NCBI RefSeq assembly: GCF_000175255.2 | Contig: NC_017262.1 | Location: 960,001-992,000, forward strand | DNA from: Zymomonas mobilis subsp. mobilis ATCC 10988 | Lineage (GTDB): Bacteria; Pseudomonadota; Alphaproteobacteria; Sphingomonadales; Sphingomonadaceae | Length of the DNA: 32,000 nt | Direction: 5' to 3' | Shown: positions 1 through 9,272 of the stretch, piece by piece | Position numbering within the stretch: position 1 is the first letter of the stretch | Layout of the letters: every line of letters begins with the position of its first letter | Program-made: the position numbers and the translations under genes | The notes under the pieces: generated by a model | Told to the model about the DNA's origin: nothing | Database searches by the model: none | Seen by the model: only the letters and a program-made list of their open reading frames with translations

Positions 1-752
1 CGAAATACGGAAAAGATACTTTCTTAGCGATTGAATATCTCGGCACCGATCGCTTACCGCAGCTTTTCGCCATGAAGGGCTGGTTTGATGGTTTAAACAA
101 CCGTGTCAGTTTCTTGCCGCGTTATTTGAGCGATCGGGTGATGCAATTTGCATCCACTCTGTTCCCGCATCATCTGCCTAAGCGAATGGATGATTTCCGC
201 GACCGCTATGAACATCATCTGATTTTGAAAGTGTCCGAAGAAGGAACTGAAGAAGCGCGTGTTTTTCTGAAAGACTTTTTCGAAAAAGCAAGCGGTGGTT
301 ATTTTGAATGTAGCGATGAAGAAGGGAAAAAGGCTTTTCTGCATCGTTTCGCCGCCGCTGGTGCGGCTATCCGCTATCGTGACGTTCATCAGGATGAAGT
401 CGAAGATATCGTTGCGTTGGATATTGCTTTGCCGCGTAATAACAAGGCGTGGGAAGAGCATCTCCCATCTGAAATTACTGATAAAATCAGCCATATTTTA
501 TATTATGGCCATTTCTTTTGTCAGGTATTCCATCAGGATTATATCGTCAAAAAAGGTGGAAATTGCGCTGATATCGAACATGCTATGTGGAAAATTTTGG
601 ACAGCCGTCATGCCGAATATCCAGCAGAACATAATGTCGGGCATCTCTATTACGCCAAAGACAGCCTGAAGACGCATTATCATGAATTAGACCCGACGAA
701 TTCTTTTAATCCGGGAATTGGTCATACCAGCAAGGCCGCTTATTGGAGATAG
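1..752 (+). CDS. dld: Quinone-dependent (respiratory) D-lactate dehydrogenase, C-terminal part; 5' end lies outside the window
   Basis: The frame is open from the left edge (KYGKDTFLAIEYLGTDRLPQLFAMKG...). It matches the E. coli Dld C-terminus as recalled: YEHHLILK, KAFLHRFAAAGAAIRYxxVHxDEVEDIxALDIAL, HILYYGHFxCxVFHQDYIVKKG, YPAEHNVGHLY, DPTNSxNPGIGxTSK. Confidence 0.95.
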   Translation, partial: KYGKDTFLAIEYLGTDRLPQLFAMKGWFDGLNNRVSFLPRYLSDRVMQFASTLFPHHLPKRMDDFRDRYEHHLILKVSEEGTEEARVFLKDFFEKASGGYFECSDEEGKKAFLHRFAAAGAAIRYRDVHQDEVEDIVALDIALPRNNKAWEEHLPSEITDKISHILYYGHFFCQVFHQDYIVKKGGNCADIEHAMWKILDSRHAEYPAEHNVGHLYYAKDSLKTHYHELDPTNSFNPGIGHTSKAAYWR

Positions 753-810
753 TTAAGCTGCTATAAATATTATATTTTACAAAATAATGCTTTCTGATTG
801 ATTTCGGGGA

Positions 811-840
811 AAAAGGTTATTCCGACCTTTCTTTTCTTTT
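811..840 (+). terminator. Possible Rho-independent terminator downstream of dld
   Basis: AAAGGT-TATTCCG-ACCTTT stem followed by a T-rich tract (CTTTTCTTTT). Confidence 0.45.
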
Positions 841-974
841 GCAGTGTTCTGTCAGCCTGAAAATATCTATAATAGCTGTTTTCAGGTTGCCTTTTCCTAA
901 CGCATGCAACCGAAAACGAGGCTTGGGGTTTAGCCTTGCAAGAATAAAAAGAAGGAAGCGAGAAAGAGAACGGT

Positions 975-1652
975 ATGCGCGTTTTAATCGTTGAGGATGA
1001 GCCGACGCTTTCCCGTCAGTTGCGAACAACTTTGGAAGGGGCTGGCTATGCTGTCGATCTGGCGACAGATGGCGAAGATGGCCATTTTCTAGGCTCGAGC
1101 GAAAATTATGATGCCGTCGTCCTTGATCTCGGTTTGCCCGAAGTCGACGGTCTCACCGTTCTTGATCGTTGGCGCAAAGAAGGCCGCGAAATGCCAGTTC
1201 TGGTTCTGACTGCGCGGGATAGCTGGTCTGATAAAGTTGCTGGTCTTGATGCCGGTGCTGATGATTATCTGACCAAGCCTTTCCAGACCGAAGAATTGAT
1301 TGCCCGTTTGCGGGCTTTGATCCGACGGGCTTCCGGTAATGCGTCTTCTGAATTGACGGCAGGTGATGTCCGGCTTGACACTCGTTCCGGCAAAGTGACT
1401 TTGGCGGGTGAGCCTGTCAAATTGACGGCGCAGGAATATAAGCTGCTTTCCTATCTGATGCATCATAAAGGCAAAGTTGTCAGTCGCACCGAAATGATCG
1501 AGCATATTTACGATCAGGATTTTGATCGTGATTCTAATACGATCGAAGTCTTTGTAACCCGTATTCGTAAGAAACTGGGGCAGGATGTTATTACGACTAT
1601 TCGCGGTTTGGGTTATGCTTTGAACGACCCAGAGGATCGGAATAACGGCTGA
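975..1652 (+). CDS. OmpR/PhoP-family two-component response regulator
   Basis: 225 aa. N-terminal receiver (MRVLIVEDEPTLSRQLRTTLEGAGYAVDLATDG..., DLGLP, LTARD, K104-type 'YLTKPF'). C-terminal winged helix (LTAQEYKLLSYLMHHKGKVVSRTEMIEHIYD...NTIEVFVTRIRKKLG..ITTIRGLGYAL). Confidence 0.95.
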   Translation: MRVLIVEDEPTLSRQLRTTLEGAGYAVDLATDGEDGHFLGSSENYDAVVLDLGLPEVDGLTVLDRWRKEGREMPVLVLTARDSWSDKVAGLDAGADDYLTKPFQTEELIARLRALIRRASGNASSELTAGDVRLDTRSGKVTLAGEPVKLTAQEYKLLSYLMHHKGKVVSRTEMIEHIYDQDFDRDSNTIEVFVTRIRKKLGQDVITTIRGLGYALNDPEDRNNG

Positions 1653-1654
1653 TT

Positions 1655-3112
1655 ATGGCTTCCGCTTCTTCCCCTAGCGGTGGCCGAAAGTGTTTTTTTA
1701 GTCGTTTCTTTCGCCGGAAAAAAATCGAAAAAAGCGGAAATCTGGTCGGAGAAAATAATAGTCAGGAGCCGGTAATACGTCCTACCGGTTCTTTGACCCG
1801 CCGGTTAATTGCTATTTCGGCTTTGTGGATATTTATCCTGCTATCGGGCGGCGGCGTAACCTTGGATCGGGTGCTGACCCAAGCCGTCACCGATAATTTT
1901 GACAGCCAGCTTGATTATGTTTTGGCGGCGATGATCGCTTCTTCTGAAATTGATCCCGAAGGGGCGGTTCGACTGAATCGGCCTTTGGGTGACCAGCGTT
2001 TTTTGGAAGCCCATAGCGGCCTTTATTTTCAGGTTAGCGGTAGCGGATATGAAAGATTTCCGTCCCCTTCACTTTGGGATCGCTCGCTACAAGTCAATCC
2101 GATGCCTAAAGGGCAATTGGTGCGGACATATGATAGCGACGAATTTTCTGATGGCACTTTGCGAGTGATGGAACGGGATGTCCGCTTACCCGGTTCGTCT
2201 GTTTTATGGCGATTCCAAGTCGCTGAAATTCGCACTTCTTTAGACAATCAGATTAAAAAATTACGCCATACCCTTGTGAAAGCCTTTTTGATTTTAGGCA
2301 CGGGGTTGATTGTTATTACCGTTTTACAGGTGACGATCGGATTATGGCCGCTGCGGAAATTAAGGCGCGAGATTAGTGCTGTCCGTAATGGTCAGGCTTC
2401 ACGTATTCATGACCGGATGCCGAATGAAGTCGCCCCTTTGATTGAAGAATTGAACGCTTTGTTGTCTCATAACGAGCGGCAAGCCGAAGAGGCTAGGCGA
2501 CATGCTGGTAATCTGGCTCATGCCTTGAAAACGCCGTTAACGGTTGTGACTAATGAGGCGAATGCCAATAGCGATGCCTTGAAAGAAGTTGTTTTGCGGG
2601 AGGTGATGACCATGCGGCGGCATGTCGATCATCATTTGGCGCGAGCGCGGGCTATCGGACGGCGGGGTAATGCCCAAAGCCAAGCAGAGGTATGGCCTGC
2701 TTTACTGGCGGTAGAACGCGCGGTTACTCGGCTTTATCCTCATGCAACGATTGATCTTGCAGGAGTTAAGGACGCTGTTGTCAGAATAGAAAGACAAGAT
2801 CTGGACGAGATTTTGGGAAATCTTATAGAAAATGCTGCTAAATATGGTCAGGGACGCGTTTTTGTTACGGTAGAAAAACAGGGTAAGTCGGTTGAAATCC
2901 TGATTGAAGATGATGGCACGGGTATTCCTGAAAATCTCCGTGGGCAGTTGTTTAAACGCGGGGCGCGTTTGGATACAGATAAACCCGGGACTGGGTTGGG
3001 GTTGGCAATTGTTCGCGATGTGGTCGAAATTTATGGCGGCAGTGTTACTTTGGAAGAAAGTGAAGATTTAGGTGGCCTGTTTGTCCGTCTGGCATTGCCA
3101 TCAGTACATTAA
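1655..3112 (+). CDS. Membrane sensor histidine kinase (PhoQ-like architecture)
   Basis: Starts 2 nt after the regulator stop. TM segments, H-box-like LAHALKTPLTVVTNEA, N box (LGNLIENAAKYG), G boxes (EDDGTGIPE, GTGLGLAIVRDVVEIYGG). Confidence 0.94.
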   Translation: MASASSPSGGRKCFFSRFFRRKKIEKSGNLVGENNSQEPVIRPTGSLTRRLIAISALWIFILLSGGGVTLDRVLTQAVTDNFDSQLDYVLAAMIASSEIDPEGAVRLNRPLGDQRFLEAHSGLYFQVSGSGYERFPSPSLWDRSLQVNPMPKGQLVRTYDSDEFSDGTLRVMERDVRLPGSSVLWRFQVAEIRTSLDNQIKKLRHTLVKAFLILGTGLIVITVLQVTIGLWPLRKLRREISAVRNGQASRIHDRMPNEVAPLIEELNALLSHNERQAEEARRHAGNLAHALKTPLTVVTNEANANSDALKEVVLREVMTMRRHVDHHLARARAIGRRGNAQSQAEVWPALLAVERAVTRLYPHATIDLAGVKDAVVRIERQDLDEILGNLIENAAKYGQGRVFVTVEKQGKSVEILIEDDGTGIPENLRGQLFKRGARLDTDKPGTGLGLAIVRDVVEIYGGSVTLEESEDLGGLFVRLALPSVH

Positions 3113-3305
3113 ATTCACGATTTGATGGGATCCGCATAAAGGGTTTTGCATAGCCCTGCTATTTGTCTGTTCTGATAGACAAAGTATTATTTTGAAACGG
3201 TATCTTTCTGCTCTCTTGGTTTTTCTGTGGCGTTAAGGTGCTTTAGCTTGGGGTAGTGTCAAGACATAGATTTTTGATATTGTTTTCTATCCCTTTGGCG
3301 GGATC

Positions 3306-3974
3306 TTGTTGGGGAGAAAAAGGCTGTCCGATTTCGGGAATGCAAGGCTGGCGTGTCATGACGTGAGTTGTTTGAGAGGCGACCGCTTACTGTTTACCCA
3401 TTTGTCTTTTGAAGTGAAGGCTGGGGAGGCCGTTTTAATAACGGGGGCAAATGGTATTGGTAAAAGCAGCCTTTTGCGTCTGTTGGCGGGTTTTCTGAAA
3501 CCTTTTTCGGGTCATGTTAAAAAATGGGGTCGGGTGGCTTTTGCGGATGAGGCTTTGGCAATGGATCGGCATTTGCCTTTAGAAAAAGCCTTGGCTTATT
3601 GGGCGGCTTTAGATGGTGTTTTGGGCGCTGAAAAAGAAGCAATGGCGGTGATGGCTCTTGATAGATTGGCGGATTCACCTGTCCGTTTGCTCTCCACTGG
3701 GCAGCGTAAAAGAGCTGTGTTGGCGCGTTTGTTGGCAAGCCAGGCTGCTATCTGGTTGTTGGATGAACCGGCAAACGGGCTTGATGCGGCTTCTGTTAGG
3801 GCTTTGATCGAAATGATAGAGCACCATCGCCAAAAGGGCGGGATTATTTTGGCTGTTAGTCATCAAGGGCTTGATATGGCTGATTATAAAACCTTGTCTT
3901 TAGAAAATTTCGTAGCGAATTCTGGCCAGTCATCAGGTTTCTTTGACCTTTTGGATGAAAGTCATTTCTCTTGA
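3306..3974 (+). CDS. ccmA: Heme exporter ATP-binding protein CcmA
   Basis: ABC ATPase: Walker A GANGIGKSSLLRLLAG, signature LSTGQRKR, Walker B IWLLDEPANGLD, CcmA-like length. Likely TTG start. Overlaps ccmB. Confidence 0.9.
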   Translation: MLGRKRLSDFGNARLACHDVSCLRGDRLLFTHLSFEVKAGEAVLITGANGIGKSSLLRLLAGFLKPFSGHVKKWGRVAFADEALAMDRHLPLEKALAYWAALDGVLGAEKEAMAVMALDRLADSPVRLLSTGQRKRAVLARLLASQAAIWLLDEPANGLDAASVRALIEMIEHHRQKGGIILAVSHQGLDMADYKTLSLENFVANSGQSSGFFDLLDESHFS

Positions 3975-4618
3975 TCCGGCTTGTTTTATTAATTCGTCGG
4001 GATTGCTCAATTTTGATCGGGGCAGGGGTATTTCTACCTGTCTTGTTTTTTTTATTGGTTGCCGTTCTATACCCTTTCGCGGTGGGCAGTGATCCCATAA
4101 TTTTATCGCGTACTGGTAGCGGAATATTATGGGTTGCCGCTCTGTTAGCTTCTTTGTTACCCATTGACCGTTTGATTATTCCCGATGTCGAAAATGGCTT
4201 TTTCGATCATTATGCGGTGCGCGGGATTAGCGAAGAATGGATAGCTGTGGCGCGTATTATCGCCCATTGGGTGAGTTTTGCTGTCCCTTTAATGGTGGCG
4301 TTGTTACCCGCCTCGGCTTTGCTATCTTTGGATTGGTCTGTTTTCTGGAAATTGGAAGCCGGATTTTTATTGGCTACTCCTGGACTGGCCTCTTTGGGGG
4401 TTATGATTGCCGCTTTGACGGCAAGGATAAAGTCCGGAAGTGGGTTGGCTGCTTTACTTTTATTGCCTTTGGCCGTGCCGCTCCTCATCTTTGGCGCGGG
4501 GGCTGTTGATGGTCATCAGCCTGGGGCCTTCCTATTATTGGCGGCTTGTTCGTTGTTTTTGCTTGCTGTCGCGCCTTTTGTCATCGGTGCCGCTTTGCGC
4601 ATCGGACAAGATGGGTAA
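3971..4618 (+). CDS. ccmB: Heme exporter permease CcmB
   Basis: Hydrophobic 215-aa protein overlapping ccmA by 4 nt (TTGA). CcmB-like features: DSTRxxR-position RDCSILIGAG, LLPIDRLIIPDVENGFFD, PLMVALLPASALL, LLALPL-type segments. Confidence 0.88.
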   Translation: MIRLVLLIRRDCSILIGAGVFLPVLFFLLVAVLYPFAVGSDPIILSRTGSGILWVAALLASLLPIDRLIIPDVENGFFDHYAVRGISEEWIAVARIIAHWVSFAVPLMVALLPASALLSLDWSVFWKLEAGFLLATPGLASLGVMIAALTARIKSGSGLAALLLLPLAVPLLIFGAGAVDGHQPGAFLLLAACSLFLLAVAPFVIGAALRIGQDG

Positions 4619-5522
4619 AAGGCTTACTGTATCGATTTAAGGCAGGCTTTGTGGTTGATAAAATCGAGATAGAGGTCAGCTTTTTCGAGGATGGATGCTC
4701 CGATAGTCATCGTAGGACGCCGTCTAGTATCTTTGAGGACTAATTTTTGTCTTTTTCTATAATTGATCCCATCAATAGATAAATCTGATTCCACGATATA
4801 GGCTGGATCAGTTATTTTATCTTTAGTAATGTCGGTGAATTCATCAATAATTTTCTTTTGTTTTTCAAATAATATTTGTTCTTCTGGCGTAAATTCAGAT
4901 TTGAACTGTAGTAAGTTAAAATCGGTGTTTTCTTCAGAAAGATCTATGGCAACTAGATCGGTTCTACCTTGCCATGTAATGGGGTATTTGAGTGCTTGGT
5001 AATCTCCTTCAAATGTACTTCCAAGATGAATGTCCTGTTGACAGTTACAGTTGATATTTTTGCCAAAGGTCATCTGCTGTTTATTTATTTTGATTTTACC
5101 CAGTTTTTGAAGAACCATCAGCCCCAAATAGGCTTTTTTTGTAGTAGTAAAGAGAACGGGAACGTTTTTTAAAACGGCTGTTCCGATTTTGAGTTCATCA
5201 ACAATACCGAGATCGCCACTAAAAATTTCAGCAGTCCCATTATCTGCATAGTTGATATGTCCAACAATATGGACATGGGGCGAATCTTTTAACTCTATGG
5301 GTAATTTACTAATCGCGGATTCCGTATCCAGAAGAAGAATCGTCTTTTTGCCATTTAAAGAGGCGTTAATATAAGGAATCTTCCAGGTTCTGTTCTTATT
5401 TATATCTTGATATTTTATCGGTAATGATTGTTTATGATCTATTCCGGTAACCGTAAAAGCGGGTATTAAAGAGGGAAATACAGTTAGACTTCCCATTTTT
5501 GTTGCTGAAAGGGAAAAATTTT

Positions 5523-6301
5523 CTAGGTTTTGTTGACAAAGGAAGGTAACCACAATTTTACGGCCGCGAGATGAAGGAAGGCGAGAAAAGATTTTCTGGT
5601 TTTGTCATAGCGTGTGGCAATGCGCCTGAACTGCTTTAGCTTATTAAACATCCGCTCAATACGATTACGATCTTTGTAGTGCTGGAGATTATAAGGAATA
5701 GGCTTTTTTCGATTGGAACGAGGCGGGATAACAGGAAGGATGCCTCGAAAAAGCAGTTTTTCGCGTAACCTATCGCTATCATATCCTTTATCAGCGAGAA
5801 AACAGTGGGGTGTTGTGACAGGGATATCTATCAAGCTATCAGCGCCAGAATAATCAGAGACCTCACCACCGGTTAGTGCGAAAGCTAGAGGGCGGCCTTG
5901 ACCATCGGAACGGGCGTGGATCTTGCTCGTAAAGCCTCCGCGACTGCGACCAAAGCCTTCCTTATACGTCCCCCTTTTGCGCCAGCCGCTTGGCTGTGGG
6001 CGCGAATAATCGTACTATCTATCATATGTTGCCAGTCATCTGTCAGGCCAAGGTCAACGAGAGTTTCAAGAAGAGCGTCCCACACACCCTGTTCTGCCCA
6101 CCTACGAAACCGAACATAGATCGAATTCCATTTCCCATAACGTTCATGCATATCTCGCCACGGGCAGCCTGTTCGAAGCACATAAAGCATACCATTGAGA
6201 AATAACCGATTACTTTTGGCGGGACGCGCGCAGCGGCCTCGTTCGCTTGGAAGAAGACCCTGTATTATCTCCCACTCCGCGTCCGTCAGATCTCCTCGCA
6301 T
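5523..6301 (-). CDS. IS5-family DDE transposase, two frames joined by presumed -1 frameshift (copy 1)
   Basis: ORF A (5885-6301: MRGDLTDAEWEIIQGLLPSERG...) and ORF B (5523-5834: ...CFLADKGYDSDRLREKLL...RNRIERMFNKLKQFRRIATRYDK). The intervening -1 frame reads KEGFGRSRGGFTSKIHARSDGQGRPLAFALTGGEVSDYSGADS, a typical IS5 core. Confidence 0.88.
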
Positions 6302-6376
6302 CCTATCTACCCTACAAAACTTGTTCTCAAGTTATCTCTAAAAATCTTAAATTATACCCTTTGTCAACAGAACCTA
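5524..6376 (-). mobile_element. IS5-family element copy 1 (849 bp, 5526-6374) with TA duplication at 5524-5525 and 6375-6376
   Basis: Terminal inverted repeats GGTTYTGTTGACAAAGG. Same sequence and length as the copy at 8363-9211 but opposite orientation. Inserted at CTAG. Confidence 0.93.
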
Positions 6377-6884
6377 GTCCCTTGAATTTTCGGATGACAG
6401 GATAATAAGTATTGTTGATGTTGTTGAGTTTTTCACCCCAAGCGGGAAGATTACCTTCCAAAAAATAATTACCAGCAGAAATCTGGTCGCAGGTCATCAC
6501 CACATTATTAATCGGAGGAAGTAGAGTAGGCGTGTTTGGGTCTTGGAAGAAGGTTTTTTTACATATTGCTAATTGTCGATTGACCTCTTCATAATTGCCT
6601 TTGACGAGCAACGCTTCAATTTTTGTAAATTTTTTGACGGTATTTGTTGTTTCTGGCTCATTAGCAATCTTTTCAATAAGGAGACTGTCTCCTTCGAAAA
6701 GGGCATCTACAAGCCTTTTATTCCCAGGGTTGAGCTCTACACCCTTTTGTTGTTCTTCTGCTGTTGTATTCCTTAGAAATTCGATTAATCTTTCAGAAAT
6801 GAGAGGCTTGTCAGCTTTCAATGGCGGCAGGAAAAAGCTGTTTAGAAGAAGGGGGTAGAGAAGAAATCGATATTTTTTAGGCAT

Positions 6885-6938
6885 GATAGGCTTCCGATAA
6901 AACAAGTTGTGATGACGCTCTTCCCCCTTCTTTGATAC
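6885..6938 (-). repeat. 54-bp inter-paralogue spacer, copy between P1 and P0
   Basis: gataggcttccgataaaacaagttgtgatgacgctcttcccccttctttgatac on the + strand. Confidence 0.9.
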
Positions 6939-8362
6939 TTACTGCGGTATGGGCTGTGCGTCCGAGTTGTTAGGCTTGAGGCAGGCTTTGTGATTGATAA
7001 AGTCGAGATAGAGATCAGCTTTTTCGAGGATAGATAATCCGATGATTGTGGCTAATCGAGATCGACTATCTTCTATAACTATTTCTTTTTTTTGCCCATA
7101 ATCCATATTATCCACGAACAAATTGCCTTTATTTGAAATAAACTGAAAACTTCAATTCTTTGTTATTTGGGTCTGGTCTTTCTTCGAAAGATTGTTCTTT
7201 CTCTTGTGGCGTAAATTCTGACTTATAAGTTGTTAAATTATAAACGGTATCATCTTGAGTGAAGTCAACTACCACTAAACGCGTGTGCCCCTGCCATGTA
7301 ATTGGATATTGGACCGATTGGAAATCGCCCCCCAATGCGCTGCCAAGGTGAATATCTTGCTGACAGTTACAATTGATATCCTTGCCAAAGGTCATCTGCT
7401 GTTTATTTATTTTGATTTTACCTAGTTTTTGTAAAATCATGAGTCCCAGATAGGCCTGATTGACATTGGTAAAAAGGAAGGGAACGTTTTTTAAAACGGC
7501 TTTTTCGATTTTGATTTCATCGACAATGCCAATGTCACCACTAAAAAATTCAGAAGCTCCATTCTTTGCCCGATCGAGATGCCCGACGATATGAACATGG
7601 GGAGAATGACGCCATTCTTCTGGCAATTTGCCAATGGCGGCACTGGTTTCCAAAAAGAAAGGAATGTTCTTTCCGTTTAGGGATGCGGTTATGTGGGGAA
7701 CGTAGTTAGCACTCCGCCTATGTTCTTCGTCTATAGCAACATCAAATTGCAGTTGAATGCGTTGCTGGTGATCTATCCCAGTAACCTTGAAGGGGGGTAT
7801 CGAATTCGGAGAGACCGACAATCTACCCATTTCGGCATCCGTAAGAGAGAATTCTTCTAATCCTGAAATTTTTCGGATGGGTGGATAATAGACATTTCTA
7901 ACAAAATTAAGACTTTTACCCCAATCTTTCAGATTACCATCCAAAAAGTAATTACCGACCAATGTTTGTTTGCATATTATCCCTACGCCACTGATGGGTG
8001 GAAATGGGTTGGGGGCATCGGGTTTTTGAAAGAAAGTCTTATCACAGATATCAAGTAATTTATTGGCATTTTGATAATCACCTTTAATGCGAAACTTGTT
8101 TATTTCAGCATATTTTTGGACAAGGTGACTGTTGCTTAGATCTTTAGCGACTTTGTCAATAAGCAGGTCGTCTCCCTCAGATAACCCTTTTCGCATTTCA
8201 TTACCGCCTGATCGCAATTCGATACCGTTTTTTAAATCTTCAGGCGTTTTTTGCTTAAGAAGTTCAATCAGTTTTGGTGAAACAAGGGGCTTGTCCGCTT
8301 TTAATGGTGGCAGGAAAAAGCTGTTTAGAAGAAGGGGATAGAGCAAAAATCGGTATTTCTTA
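6939..8362 (-). pseudogene. P1: exported retropepsin-like paralogue. Its native start codon is severed by an IS and its C-terminus is out of frame.
   Basis: Body is in ORF 7129-8490, whose first ~40 codons are IS-derived. The C-terminal 60 codons (6939-7121, ...NMDYGQKKEIVIED...LYLDFINHKACLKPNNSDAQPIPQ) are in another frame. Confidence 0.88.
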
Positions 8363-9213
8363 GGTTCTGTTGACAAAGGGTATAATTTAAGATTTTTAGA
8401 GATAACTTGAGAACAAGTTTTGTAGGGTAGATAGGATGCGAGGAGATCTGACGGACGCGGAGTGGGAGATAATACAGGGTCTTCTTCCAAGCGAACGAGG
8501 CCGCTGCGCGCGTCCCGCCAAAAGTAATCGGTTATTTCTCAATGGTATGCTTTATGTGCTTCGAACAGGCTGCCCGTGGCGAGATATGCATGAACGTTAT
8601 GGGAAATGGAATTCGGTCTATGTTCGGTTTCGTAGGTGGGCAGAACAGGGTGTGTGGGACGCTCTTCTTGAAACTCTCGTTGACCTTGGCCTGACAGATG
8701 ACTGGCAACATATGATAGATAGTACGATTATTCGCGCCCACAGCCAAGCGGCTGGCGCAAAAGGGGGACGTATAAGGAAGGCTTTGGTCGCAGTCGCGGA
8801 GGCTTTACGAGCAAGATCCACGCCCGTTCCGATGGTCAAGGCCGCCCTCTAGCTTTCGCACTAACCGGTGGTGAGGTCTCTGATTATTCTGGCGCTGATA
8901 GCTTGATAGATATCCCTGTCACAACACCCCACTGTTTTCTCGCTGATAAAGGATATGATAGCGATAGGTTACGCGAAAAACTGCTTTTTCGAGGCATTCT
9001 TCCTGTTATCCCGCCTCGTTCCAATCGAAAAAAGCCTATTCCTTATAATCTCCAGCACTACAAAGATCGTAATCGTATTGAGCGGATGTTTAATAAGCTA
9101 AAGCAGTTCAGGCGCATTGCCACACGCTATGACAAAACCAGAAAATCTTTTCTCGCCTTCCTTCATCTCGCGGCCGTAAAATTGTGGTTACCTTCCTTTG
9201 TCAACAAAACCTA
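8361..9213 (+). mobile_element. IS5-family element copy 2 (849 bp, 8363-9211) with TA duplication at 8361-8362 and 9212-9213
   Basis: GGTTCTGTTGACAAAGG...CCTTTGTCAACAAAACC ends. Flanks TATTTCT-TA and TA-GGCATGACAGG rejoin to TATTTCTTAGGCATGACAGG, the sequence found uninterrupted at the other array junctions. Confidence 0.95.
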
Positions 9214-9214
9214 G
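8436..9214 (+). CDS. IS5-family DDE transposase, two frames joined by presumed -1 frameshift (copy 2)
   Basis: ORF A 8436-8852 and ORF B 8903-9214 are near-identical to copy 1 (one visible aa change, NSI to NSV, in ORF A). A run of AAAAGGGGG lies at 8759-8767, upstream of the frame junction. Confidence 0.88.
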
Positions 9215-9218
9215 GCAT

Positions 9219-9272
9219 GACAGGCTTTCAATAAAACAAGTTGTGATGACGCTCTTCCCCCTTCTTTGATAT
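9219..9272 (-). repeat. 54-bp spacer, copy between P2 and the severed start of P1
   Basis: gacaggctttcaataaaacaagttgtgatgacgctcttcccccttctttgatat. Confidence 0.9.

Larger units (their letters stand above)
4624..6884 (-). pseudogene. P0: exported retropepsin-like paralogue split by an IS; 5' part 6377-6884, 3' part 4624-5523
   Basis: The 5' part ends in ...YYPVIRKFKGL and the 3' part resumes LENFSLSATKMGSLT.... Removing the IS and one TA restores 'RKFKGLENFSL', as in P4 'QKFKGLEKFSL'. C-terminus is shortened (KACLKSIQ*). Confidence 0.9.

Noticed and set aside
817-1029. 70-aa plus ORF before the response regulator
   Set aside because: Covers the putative dld terminator and overlaps the regulator start in another frame; no recognisable features.
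5990-6205. Antisense ORFs inside the IS copies (also 5898-6119, 8532-8747, 8618-8839)
   Set aside because: Overlap the transposase in the opposite strand with no recognisable product.
6573-6858. Plus-strand ORFs antisense to paralogue N-termini (also 8132-8341, 10417-10674, 11899-12156)
   Set aside because: They recur only because the paralogue N-terminal coding sequence is repeated; translations look random.
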